Notes: generated from the sequence alone by a model not told the origin. A DNA stretch of 35,141 bases from Octopus bimaculoides (GCF_001194135.2 NC_068983.1:82383442-82418582); one strand, 5' to 3'. Shown: positions 22,097-33,971, numbered from the stretch's first letter. Translations and numbers: made by a program.

Positions 22097-22692
22097 TATC
22101 TTACCAATACCATGTTTCAACAAAAGAATAAGTTTAAGACCACATGGATGCACCCTGTATCTAAAGAATGGCATATTCTGGATTACATCCTTGTTAGGGT
22201 ACGTGACAGACGAGATGTGCAGTGTGTTCGTGGGCTGAGTGTTGGACTGAGCACCGCCTAGTACGTGCAAAAGTGAAATTAATCTCTTGCATGAAGTTTA
22301 TGAACCGACTTCTCTGACACCACTTCAAAGCAGAGATGGTAAAGAACTTCGAGGGATTATGCGAAGGTAGCGAGAACACTTTGATGAACTTTTGCATCAG
22401 CAGTCTGTAGTTAGTAAGGATGTTCTCAATCTCATCCCTGAATTACCTGTGAAGGCGGCTCTCGCAGAACCACCAATGTTGGAAGAAGTTTGGGTGGCTC
22501 TCTCAAGGATGAATAATAGGAGGCCTCCGAGTATGGATGACATACATGCGGAGTTGTTACAGCATAACGGTGAGAAATTTCTGCAGCAGCTTTACTCTTT
22601 GTTTGGCAGGATGTGGGCTAGTGAATCTGTACCTGAGGACTGGAGAGATACAGTAATGGTGGTCTTATATAAAGGAAAGGGCAATTCGAGAA
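22097..22692 (+). mobile_element. RTE-clade LINE fragment (APE end plus RT N-terminal region), internally deleted and 3'-broken
   Basis: LTNTMFQQKNKFKTTWMHPVSKEWHILDYILVR; then R*REHFDELL...PPMLEEV...HAELL...W.SESVPEDWRD...LYKGKG. Confidence 0.9.
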
Positions 22693-23882
22693 TTCTATTT
22701 TTGAATCATTTTACAATCTATTTTTTTCCTAGTTAATTTTAGTTTATTTTCAGATCATTAAAATGGAATGTCAAGTTAAGAAAAATGAGCATTTTCAACA
22801 CCTCCTTCTTTTTGCTTTTAATCAAGGTTCTAAGGCCGTAAAAGCTGCTCACGATATTTGTGCTGTGTATGGAGAGAGTGACATAGCTGAAAGAACTGCT
22901 CGTGAATGGTATGCCAAGTTCAAAAATGGAAATTTTGACCTCAAAGATGCATCTCGTTCTGGCCGTCCAGTTGAGTTCAATGAAGAGCAATTAAACCAAC
23001 TGTTGCACGAAAATTCTCGTAAAACGATAAGGGAACTGGCAGAGAAAATGGAATGCTCCCACACTGCTATAGAGAAGTATCTTCACTCGATGGGAAAAGT
23101 TCAGAAGTATGGAGCATGGATTCCGCATGCTTTAAGTGACAAAAACAAAAATCAACGAGTCACAATCTCCGCTGGTTTGCTTGCTCGTCACCGCTCAATT
23201 CATGGACACAAACAATGATTTCTTTACTGAATCGTTACTGGCGACGAAAAATGGTGCCTGCACATCAATATGAAGCAGCGCAAGGAATGGCTTAGTCCCG
23301 GTACACAAGCGACACCGCGCGTGAAACAAGATCTTCATCCGCGTAAAACGATGTTGTGCGTATGGTGGGACTGGGAAGGGATTATCCATTACAAATTGCT
23401 TGAACGGAACCAAATGGTCAATGCGGAACTCTATGTTCAACAGATGGAACGAATCAACTCGGCTATTCAAGAGAAAAGACCTAATCAATACCATGGAGTT
23501 CTTCTGCTGCACGATAACGCCCGCAATCATATCACCAATATGACCAAGGAAGCCATTCAAACGCATGGCTGGGAAGTGCTGCCACGCCCGCCGTACTCTC
23601 CTGATTTGGCACCAATAGATTTCCACCTCTTTCGATCTCTTTCAAATGCTATGCGCGGAGTTTCGTTCAATACTGATGCAGAATTGAGAGCTTGGCTAGA
23701 TTAATTTTTCGAGTCAAAATCGAGTGATTTCTACCAACGAGATATTGAAAATCTTGTTGAACGTTGGGAAGTTGTAAATAACAAGGGTGAATACATTATT
23801 GATTAATTAGTTGCTATTTTTTATCAAACCTTTTAAAAAATTTAAATTTAAAAAAACGGCGGAAACGTAGTTGCCAACCCAA
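22693..23882 (+). mobile_element. Mariner element (DD34D) with intact 3' TIR and missing 5' TIR
   Basis: TIR ...CGGCGGAAACGTAGTTGCCAACCCAA followed by TA at 23883-23884; no matching left TIR; left end abuts the RTE fragment. Confidence 0.95.
22763..23806 (+). pseudogene. Mariner transposase pseudogene, single frame with three premature stops
   Basis: WIPHAL, TGDEKW, HDNARNH-(34 aa)-D and YSPDLAPID motifs; stops at 23216, 23228 (both TGA, likely from CGA) and 23702. Confidence 0.95.
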
Positions 23883-23884
23883 TA

Positions 23885-24153
23885 CTTTATGCACAATTTT
23901 ATTGTTTATAAATCATTCTTCCTCCTTCTCTCTCACTCTTCTCCTTACTCTCTTTTTCTTTCGTTCTTTGCCTTTCTCTTCAACTAATCACGTGAAAGCG
24001 TTACAGACAGGCTACGTAATGGAGAAAAACCTTAGCTTAAAAAGAAAAAAAATACGCATTTCACTCACCACCGATTCTTCACACTTCAACTAATTACGTG
24101 GAAGCGTTACGGACGGGCTACGTAACGGAGGAACAAGCAGAATTATTATAAGA
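23885..24153 (-). mobile_element. Possible 5' end of a non-autonomous Helitron-like element
   Basis: Minus strand starts A|TCTTATAATAAT; contains two 47-bp direct repeats with a small hairpin; no 3' CTRR end found. Confidence 0.3.
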
Positions 24154-24566
24154 TTAACGCATTAAATCGATTATCAACTATATCTTCTGATGATATGCAT
24201 GTTAGTATTTCAACACACTCTCTGAAGGTATGGTTGATAATCGATCTAATATGCATTAGGTTTTTATTATCGACTACTGAAATGATTGAATGAAATATCT
24301 AAAATACCATCCTTTTGTTTTCTGTTTGCTGTGACACTGTCGAACACGTATAGCCTTAATATGTATTAATATATTAATATACCACTGGAAACGTCATACT
24401 GATACGGAATTTTAACCTAACTATAATTCGAGTTTCAAGTTTCTATAGTAATATGTTGCATATTAGTGCATTTATACACACAAACACACACACACCTCCC
24501 CCCACACGTGTTTGTGTGTGTGTATGTGTGTGCGTGGGGGAGGGTTATATATACTTGTGAATGTAT

Positions 24567-24782
24567 ATTCTTTTATTTTGTTACTTGCTTTAGTCATTTG
24601 ACTGCGGCCATGCTGGAGCACCGCCTTTAGTCGAAGAAATCGACTCCAGGACTTATTCTTTGTAAGCCTAGTACCTATTCTATCAGTCTCTTTTGCCGAA
24701 CCGCTAAGTTACGGAGACGTAAACACATCAACATCGGTTATCAAGTGTTGGTGGGGCGGAATAAACACAAATACATACATAC

Positions 24783-24828
<46 letters not shown>

Positions 24829-24989
24829 GATGGACTTCTTTCAGTTTCCGTCAACCAAATCCACTCACAAGGCTTTGGTCGGCCCAAGGCTATAGTAGAA
24901 GACACTTGCGCAAGCTGCCATGCAGTGGGACTGAACCGGGAACCATGTGGTTGGTAAGCAAACTTCTTACTACTCACCCATACCTGCAC
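24567..24989 (-). mobile_element. Full-length SINE family B with internal (TA)n
   Basis: Colinear with the other family B copies. Confidence 0.9.
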
Positions 24990-26670
24990 TTATATAACAT
25001 ATGTATAATTCTATGTAGCCAATGGTATGTACAAGCATTTGGTTAACCTAAGGTTATGGTAGAAGACATGACTCATTGAAGGATTGAACCTGGAACTGTG
25101 TGGTTTTGAAATGTACTTCTTAACCAAATGCAGAATGGAAATGAGGGTGAAAGAAAAGGTGTGATAAAGATAGATAGAGAAAGAGAGAGAGAGGGGGGGG
25201 GGTAGGAAGAATGAGATGGGGAGGAAAAGGGACAAGGAGAGAGAGATTAGGGACAATTTCTGTGAATATGTTAGGTATGATCATGCTTTGTAAGTAGATG
25301 AAGCATATAGTGCATAAAGTAGGACTTTGAAGTGATATGAAATAGATAGAATCTATAGAAACCTCTATGTGAATATGACAGTTGATAGAACATATAAGTT
25401 TACTTTCCAACAGATAAGTATCGCACATACACACACACACACACACGTACATACAATGTTTGGATCTTTTTTCTCCTGCTTGGGACTTTTTTCACTGATA
25501 CTGAATAAAGCTATAAAAGATGTGACAAACATATATTACTGAACTAATGACTCAACTAGTAGGCGTCTGACTTGAGGCTTACACTGTCAGAGTTGCCATG
25601 AGCAATGATTAATTCAGAGATATATAAATGAGAAACTTCAGAAAGAAAATGAAGAATATTAGAAATATATAAATGAAATCATGTGACATGAAGAAAGAAA
25701 AAAAAGAAGGCTTTCTCTAGCATATTTCTTTCTTTTTTTTTTTTTGTCAGTAAAATTTTAACCCAAATTTTGAGTAAGTAAATTAAAATGAATCTTATAT
25801 TGAAAGTGAGAGTATTTATTTCATTGTACAAGAAAAATTGTTCTTAATACATTCTTCTCTGATCTCTTTTTACCCAGCATGCTTAGCAACATGACATCAT
25901 AACATACATCAGAAATGTCAGCTGCTAGTTCAGTTCAAAATATTTTTTTCTTTTTGTATGTGTGTGATTTTTCTGTTTACTTTTTTTTTTAACAAAATCC
26001 ACTTCATATTCTCTGAAGATACTTCTAAAGTGTAAAACTTCTTTTTTCTTCATTTTTTATTAAAAGCTGCCAAAAAATCTCAATTTTTTTTTTTATTGAA
26101 ATTTTTTTTCCTCTTTACAAGTCTCAAAGGAATTTTAAGTCTCTTTTTTCTCCCTATAGGTTTATCCAAAGCAGAATGCAGAGAGCTCTCCAGTTGGCTT
26201 CTCTTTCTATCACCTTATAAACGTGCTTCTCCCCAGCATGTTTAGCAATAGCATCATGACACATATGTGGAAGTGGGTGTCAGCTGCCATTTTAGGTCCA
26301 AAATGTGTCTTGAAAGAATGTTTTGGTTTAACTTCATTATTTTTTTTTTTTTCCTAAAAGAAGTCTCTCAGTGTCTAAGAAGAAGAGAAAGACATTAAGC
26401 ATCTTTAATAAGGTAAACTTTTTTTTCAGTTGACACAAATTTTAACCATGACTTTTTACATATATTTTTAGCATAAAACTTAAATCTAGTTCTTTTCATT
26501 ATGAACATCGGTTGAATAGGTTTGCTAATTCATACATTTTTGTAATTGCTCCAGGTTTCTTAATGAATAGATCAGTTAAGGTTTTCTGTATACTTCAAAA
26601 TTTAATGTTTTGGTTTTATTTCTAACCTCTCTCCTCACCTCCCTCTCTCTCTCACACACACACACAACAC

Positions 26671-26728
26671 ATAAAGAGAAGGGGCTGAGCTGTCAACTGA
26701 TCACCACCCAGTTGTCTGCAACCTGAGA
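26671..26728 (+). mobile_element. Short RTE-like APE C-terminal relic
   Basis: GAELSTDHHPVV matches the KRGAELSTDHHLVV motif of RTE endonucleases. Confidence 0.55.
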
Positions 26729-27504
26729 GTATCTACAGTAGGGACAATTCACAAAGTCCAGGGTGACATTCTGGTGGCTGATGGGATCAGAAACAGCACC
26801 AGTAACATGTACATGAATAAATATGTAAATCTAATTAAGAAGATATATCTACAGAGTTAGTACTAGTTCGAAAGCAACTAGGAATTAATATATAGACAGA
26901 GCACAAAGTTCCCCCCCTCTCTCTCTTTCACACTTTTCTCACTCATTCTCTCTCTTACTCTCTTAAAAAATGCATTCAAAGCATGTAATTGATAGAAACA
27001 CTCTATTTTTGTTTCAGTTAGTATAATACACGTTTCAGTTGAATGAGATACTTATCTACTGTATTTCTGTTCTTCCTAGTTACTGACTATGTTTCTGATT
27101 TCATTTTTTTTTTATATCTGTAACATTTTCCATTTATACATGTATTTTAAGGAACATGTATTTTACAAACACAGGGATTGCACAAATGGCTTTCAAAATG
27201 TGTTTGTACACACAGAACCACCTTGACAAAATTTATTCTAACTCAAATCTTTCTTTATGTTGTAATTGAAATTTGTTGTTTTCTCTCAGAAAATTATTGT
27301 CATTCAAACCTTAAGTCTATGAACATTTGGAAGTAAACATATGCTGTTTAACTACATTCATTTAGTGCAACACTTAGGCTTGCAGCAGGAATATTCAGCA
27401 ATCACTCAATATCACGATTCACTAGAATATTACCCATGTGATCAACAAAATCTAGCCAATCATGACTTCACGTTGAATAGGCTCCAGCAACATGCCTTTC
27501 TTTT

Positions 27505-27602
27505 GACTCACTTCCTTCTGACCAGTGTAAAAGTTGACTCACTATGACTGCTAGACTCACTTCCTATTGACCAGTGCAAAAGTTGACTCACTGTGACTAC
27601 TA
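27505..27602. repeat. 49-bp tandem duplication (2 copies)
   Basis: 27505-27553 and 27554-27602, 5 mismatches. Confidence 0.9.
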
Positions 27603-28260
27603 GACAGAGAGCTTTGGAATGCAGCAGAGAGGTCATTGACAGATATTGTTGGAATTGACCAACAGAAATGGCAGACAGCAGCTGACAACAGTCAGAGGAC
27701 AAATGACCAAGAATGAAAACTCTCTCCATGTTTTGTTGTTTGTAACAACAATATTCATTTTGTATGTACAAAAGGAATAAATTGTTGTTTATCACAATCT
27801 CAACTGGCTTCAGTCTTCTTTTCCATACAGTTCATGAATTGTTTACCTTCTGGCATTACACAAGAATAAAAAACGACTTTTGTATATATATTTTACTGTT
27901 GTTGTCCCTCACATCTGTTTTCTTTTGCATCGATGGTCCTAACATGAAGGCTGCGTTTTTTCATCATGCTGGAAATGTCAACAACAGTAGAGAATATACT
28001 TATTTACAAGGCAGACTAATTCTGACTAAATAAGCGGTGTTTGGTGTTCTTCCTGTTACTTTATGGTCTTCCTCTTCCATAAGACATATATGAGGAGCTT
28101 ACTTTCAAAACCGTTATAAGTGCATATTTGGTTAATTTCATGATAACCATTAAAACACAATCTACAAGCTGTTGGCTCCATGCACATGAACTTTTTTCCG
28201 TCAAACTGGGATAGATGTCATATAGACAGTAGGAAAATTTTAGTCTGCCAATCAAATTCA
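27600..28260 (+). mobile_element. Highly decayed RTE-like RT C-terminal relics
   Basis: Scattered motifs: CIDG...YTYL, IYKA...LLYG, QNRYK, LKHNL...W...D; frames broken. Confidence 0.3.
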
Positions 28261-29302
28261 GATATATTCAAATTGTTGTTTTAAGCAATTGCTCAAAAGT
28301 CATTCTGATACATATATCTGGTTTGAAAGTAAACTTTTCATATATTAAATAATACTCAATATGAATGCCAGCATGTAATCTAACTCTAATAACAGTGGCA
28401 GTACATACATTGGATCCTGAAACACCAATGCCTGGGTACATATATGTTTATGTACACGCACACACACACACATCTATATATTACACAGACATACACACAT
28501 ATTATTTCACTTAAGCATAATGATACTAATGACTCGGTGTTAGAACTCAATATACATATACTTCAGAATAAAGCATCAGTCAAGTACAGAGCAGTGATAA
28601 GAAATTGAATAAATGACAAGGGAACAAGAAATTATGTTAATGAACTTCATTAGCTCACACCTGTTTCTGCTATAAGATGCAATGTACTCAGAGTTGAGTG
28701 CTTGTGTATCACCCTATAGCCTCATCAGAGCTAGCTTCAAAAATGAAATGCAATTTTATTTGGGAAAGGATTTGCATTTTTATATATACATAGAAACCAT
28801 TGCCATTGAAAACAGCATAAACATATGTATGAAATGAAGGAAGAAGTTTGGAGGGCAGAAACCCTTCCCAGAAAAAGTAGATTTAAATAAAATGTTATGT
28901 ATTTATACATATATGTATCAAGATAGGTATATGAAGAACTTTGTGAATAACTAAAAAATGAAGTAAGTAAAAATGCACCTGGGAATAGAGACAGAGAGAA
29001 AGTGCCAGAATCCAAAACAATGAAAGAGAAACAGAAAAAGGATGCATTTATGAAGGTCATGAAAAGTTTTCTACATAAGGACCCTAGCAAGACTGACAAT
29101 TAACAATTAACTGGCCAAAGAAAGAATAGACCAGGGAGACATGATACAGATAACAACAAGTGTATGTGCATGCACTCTTGTCATTCATTTAATTTCTCAT
29201 ATATATANNNNNNNNNNNNNNNNNNNNNNNNNNNNNNNNNNNNNNNNNNNNNNNNNNNNNNNNNNNNNNNNNNNNNNNNNNNNNNNNNNNNNNNNNNNNN
29301 NN

Positions 29303-29328
<26 letters not shown>

Positions 29329-29334
<6 letters not shown>

Positions 29335-29643
29335 TTGCAAGATTTTTGATGCACTCCCCATACACACACATGCACTTACAAAACAGACATACTTTGAGGG
29401 ATACTCATGCGTAGACACATACAATAGGAATACAAAATACAAAATGGCTGATAGTTAGCAAGGTGGGACACACATAAGAAAGAAGAGAGCAAAGGACCAC
29501 TGATGAGGTCACAGAAGTGTGACGAAAGAACTCTGGCCAAAATAGGATTAATGTAACGTAATATAAAGCTGAAGCAAATTAACACCAAATATACAGTGTG
29601 TGTGTTTTTATTGGCTAAACTGGCAATATGACCATCCCGAAGT

Positions 29644-29651
<8 letters not shown>
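29329..29651 (+). mobile_element. ~320-bp hammerhead-bearing unit between (TA)n tracts (Penelope pLTR / non-LTR retrozyme-like)
   Basis: Bounded by (TA)n at 29303-29328 and 29652-29682; contains HHR2; no ORF. Confidence 0.4.
29494..29538 (+). ncRNA. Minimal type-I hammerhead ribozyme-like motif (HHR2)
   Basis: GGACCA-CUGAUGA-G-GUCACA(GAAG)UGUGAC-GAAAG-AA-CUC-UGGCC: core intact, 6-bp helix II, CUC cleavage triplet. Confidence 0.7.
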
Positions 29652-29686
<35 letters not shown>

Positions 29687-30418
29687 CGATTGTTTTGACA
29701 AAGATCCTATTTTAGCATGCTAAATACGTCTCAGAATATATTTAATAACATTTATGCTGATTTAGATTTTATTTTTTATTTTTAACGAGTTCTTTATTAA
29801 TCCTTAATACTTGAAATATTTCTTGCTATTTCAAGAAATTTATATCAACATAAATTTGATCATACACTTCATATAAATTAATCTTAAGTTATTTTGTTAA
29901 CTATGTTATATAATTTGAGTTCTTTCTGTAAAATTATTAATAACGTAGGCAGATTTTGGGTGAAATAAGAAACGTCCTGCATTCCTACTAATATATTTCT
30001 GTTGTTCTTATGTCTTATATGCATTCAGCTTGACTGTCCCCAGTCCCTGATGATGATTAAATAATATGTTTGGCTTTGCCAGCATGTTTCTGTCTGAAAC
30101 GTATGTGTTGCATGTGTGATGCATTAATGCCCGGTTGCATGCATTTCGATATGTGCAATGAAACCCCTGTCTTCGTGTACTGAATAGATTTCAGTATGAG
30201 ATACATTATGTATACATAAATACACACATATATGTGTGTACGTGTTTGTGTGTGTGTGTGTGTGTGTGTATGTGCCTGTGTGTGCACGTGTGAATATACA
30301 TATGTATCTATGTATGTGTGACTTTGTGTTTATTTATGCATATATATGTGTGTGTATATATATTTATATTTATATTATATAACTCTATGTGTGTGTGAGT
30401 GTATAGATGTACATGCAT

Positions 30419-30451
<33 letters not shown>

Positions 30452-31272
30452 CATATACACGCACGCACATATATATATACATATATGCGCACACACACAC
30501 ACACACATGTATGTGTGTGTGTGTGGATATGGCACACATGTATATGAGACACACATCATTTCAGTCACATGCATAGATTCCTTCACATAGAAACCGATGC
30601 ACACATATAATATATATACATACATACTCTCTTTTTAGCTAATATGCATGCCTTCTAGAATTTTGTTGTAATTAAGTTATTGAAAAGCTCATATTATTGT
30701 AATAAAAAACATGAACGAAAAAACATATTAAATGAAAACATGAAAGGGATATTGGATGAAGAATAAGAAAATTGTAAAATGGTAAGGAAAATTGAATTTT
30801 TCTTTTAATTTTATCAATGTAATTTGTGGAATCTGAAAATACCTCACTACAGTCTGAAATCTATTCATCACAGTAATTTTGAAACATCTATAAAGCTGTA
30901 AAGAGCAAATTGTGATAATTCTAACATAGATTCCATATTATTAAATATAGTAGAGTTTACTTGCACGTATAAAGGTATAATTTAATTCTTTCTCTGCTTT
31001 CAGTCTTTGGATTGCAGTCATATTGGTCACTGTCAAGGATTTTAGTCAATTATTGAATCCAATGTATTGCATAGTACATATTTTATCAATTAGTATAAGA
31101 GCAGATAACCGCTCTGAAATGCATGCATCTAACAGTCTGGTTAGAAAGCGCCGTAAACAGTGCGTTTACACCTATCTGTTTACAGCTAAAATTTTCTCCA
31201 TGACAAAATGCAGTGAATGGCTTTCTTGTGGGTTCGAATATGACTCAAGCTTATTCAAACTGGTAACAAATT

Positions 31273-31367
<95 letters not shown>

Positions 31368-33184
31368 GTATATATATATNNNNNNNNNNNNNNNNNNNNN
31401 NNNNNNNNNNNNNNNNNNNNNNNNNNNNNNNNNNNNNNNNNNNNNNNNNNNNNNNNNNNNNNNNNNNNNNNNNNNNNNNNNNNNNNNNNNNNNNNNNNNN
31501 NNNNNNNNNNNNNNNNNNNNNNNNNNNNNNNNNNNNNNNNNNNNNNNNNNNNNNNNNNNNNNNNNNNNNNNNNNNNNNNNNNNNNNNNNNNNNNNNNNNN
31601 NNNNNNNNNNNNNNNNNNNNNNNNNNNNNNNNNNNNNNNNNNNNNNNNNNNNNNNNNNNNNNNNNNNNNNNNNNNNNNNNNNNNNNNNNNNNNNNNNNNN
31701 NNNNNNNNNNNNNNNNNNNNNNNNNNNNNNNNNNNNNNNNNNNNNNNNNNNNNNNNNNNNNNNNNNNNNNNNNNNNNNNNNNNNNNNNNNNNNNNNNNNN
31801 NNNNNNNNNNNNNNNNNNNNNNNNNNNNNNNNNNNNNNNNNNNNNNNNNNNNNNNNNNNNNNNNNNNNNNNNNNNNNNNNNNNNNNNNNNNNNNNNNNNN
31901 NNNNNNNNNNNNNNNNNNNNNNNNNNNNNNNNNNNNNNNNNNNNNNNNNNNNNNNNNNNNNNNNNNNNNNNNNNNNNNNNNNNNNNNNNNNNNNNNNNNN
32001 NNNNNNNNNNNNNNNNNNNNNNNNNNNNNNNNNNNNNNNNNNNNNNNNNNNNNNNNNNNNNNNNNNNNNNNNNNNNNNNNNNNNNNNNNNNNNNNNNNNN
32101 NNNNNNNNNNNNNNNNNNNNNNNNNNNNNNNNNNNNNNNNNNNNNNNNNNNNNNNNNNNNNNNNNNNNNNNNNNNNNNNNNNNNNNNNNNNNNNNNNNNN
32201 NNNNNNNNNNNNNNNNNNNNNNNNNNNNNNNNNNNNNNNNNNNNNNNNNNNNNNNNNNNNNTTTATTTTCTTCGTGTGTATAATTACTTGATCAGTTTTC
32301 CTTTTGTTCGCCTGTGAAATGGGTTACAAATTTTTCCTTCACATGCTCGCATGGCTGAGGTACAAGTATAAAATTTGATCTAATATCTTGCTTTTTGAAC
32401 AAAACAACAAATGAAGGTAGATGCACTTTCTCTTCACTCCATTGTGATATCAATGTGGATATTACGTATCTTCCAGCTGCGCCTCTCAGTATCTATAGGT
32501 TGATATATCACGTAAATTAGCTGCAAAAATGTATTAACTGCAGAGTTATTTTCGGACTTAGCGCGCCAGATTGAAGACATTTGAAAGGATACACTGAATG
32601 TAATATGTAGAACTTTACACGTGCTCCCTTTCGGGTTGACGTCTTGTGTCTAGTTCTGGAAATTTTATTTTATATATCGACAGACTACGCTGATGATCCT
32701 GCGGATATTTACTTATGTAAATTTTAACAGGTGAAACCATGGTACGTAGGTTAATCGTTTTTTTATTTAGTATTTTTTCATTTGTCTTGCCCTTTTACAG
32801 TCTGTTGTGTCGCTAAATTTTTACTGAGAACATATTTTTCGTGGTTAGATGATTCGGCATCTATTTCTAGCATATAGGAGTCCACTTTTGCTGGTCATTC
32901 CTCTTATTTTTGTACGTAATATAATTTTAATCTTTGGATTTTTTTAATATGCTAGACCACTGGTTTTAATTTATTAATATCAATTTCTACCCTTATTAAT
33001 AAATTTTAAATAATGATGTTCTCAATTTCTACCCGTATTAATAAATTTTAAAAGGTTAATATATCACTATAAATATATACACACATATATACCTGTATAC
33101 ACTCAAGTTCACATAAACATCCCCCACACACATATAGACATATATATATATATGTGTGTGTGTGTGCTCAATGCACTTCTGTTA

Positions 33185-33600
33185 AAACTTGTCCAGTTCT
33201 TTATTGGTGTAGAAATTTGACTGAGACTCAGAGAAAATAGATACTGCGACCTGTTGAATAAGCCTGTCAAGAATTATTCTGCTTTCTATATTTCCTCCAC
33301 TGCAAGAAGAAAATGCACCCAGACACCTCATATATCTGTTGTTATTTCACTAACCTCTGGTTCATTAATTCATGATGCATTGTAGGCACCTCTTTGAAAA
33401 TGTATTCGTCCAAATAAATTCTGAAACAACAAAAAGTTTTCTTGTAACGATAAGTAAGAATATCTTGTAATTGCTGTAAATTGCTCAGATCCATTTCAAT
33501 CAATGCAGGTGTAAAAATGAATAATGATTGCTCCTGCTTTGTTTCCCATACATTTCATGGTGGCTTTAATAAACGCTTTAAAAAGCAGCTTTGGCTGTAT
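33185..33600 (-). mobile_element. Ancient RTE-like RT relic
   Basis: IKATMKCMGNKAG...GNIESRIILDRLIQQVAVSIFSESQ resembles KAI..MKNNKAPG...GKILARVILNRL....LPESQ. Confidence 0.5.
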
Positions 33601-33691
33601 TTACAGTATATTCGCTACCACACTTCTGGTAAGTCTTCCAGCTTCAACTTCAAACTGCTTCATTCTCAATTACAGGCTTCTTTCAATTATA

Positions 33692-33971
33692 GTCACAAAT
33701 CCTGAAATTTTGGAGGAAGGCGTTAGTCGATTACATCGACCACAGTATTTTCAATTGGTACTAATTTTGTCAACCCCGAAAGGACGAAAAACAAGCCCAA
33801 TCTCTTCTTTTATACTCTAGGCACAAGGCCTGAAAGTTTGGGGGACGGCGCCAGTCGATTAGATCGAACCAGTACGCAACTGGTACTTGATTTATCGACT
33901 CGGAAAGGATGAAAGGCAAAGTCGACCTCGGCGGAATTTGAACTCAGAACGTAAAGACAAACAAAATACCG
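33692..33971 (-). mobile_element. Two adjacent SINE family A fragments (33692-33793 older; 33803-33971 younger, 5'-truncated) with the alternative CAGGCCTTGTGCCTAGAGT tail
   Basis: Body matches 20080-20200; tail differs from the 20016 copy. Confidence 0.85.

Larger units (their letters stand above)
370..32260. other. Eight assembly gaps: 370-469, 3174-3630, 10906-11272, 13945-14432, 19745-19754, 20579-21496, 29208-29302, 31380-32260
   Basis: N runs; most abut (TA)n or (CATA)n microsatellites. Confidence 1.

Noticed and set aside
25190-25232. G-runs that could form a G-quadruplex
   Set aside because: Part of a simple (GA)n/G tract with irregular long loops; no supporting evidence.
28103-28205. 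Cys-rich exon-like ORF FDGKKFMCMEPTACRLCFNGY with good splice sites
   Set aside because: The opposite strand carries scattered RTE motifs, and no partner exon or homolog was recognised. It remains testable by RNA-seq.
28930-29100. K/E-rich plus-strand frame resembling a decayed transposon protein
   Set aside because: Interrupted by stops and lacking a diagnostic motif; purine-rich composition is enough to explain it.
31004-31262. 86-codon open frame between a strong acceptor and a possible donor
   Set aside because: No recognisable domain; a few frames of this length are expected by chance in this much unique sequence.
32680-32715. DYADD resembling an RT active site
   Set aside because: Isolated motif with no flanking RT similarity.
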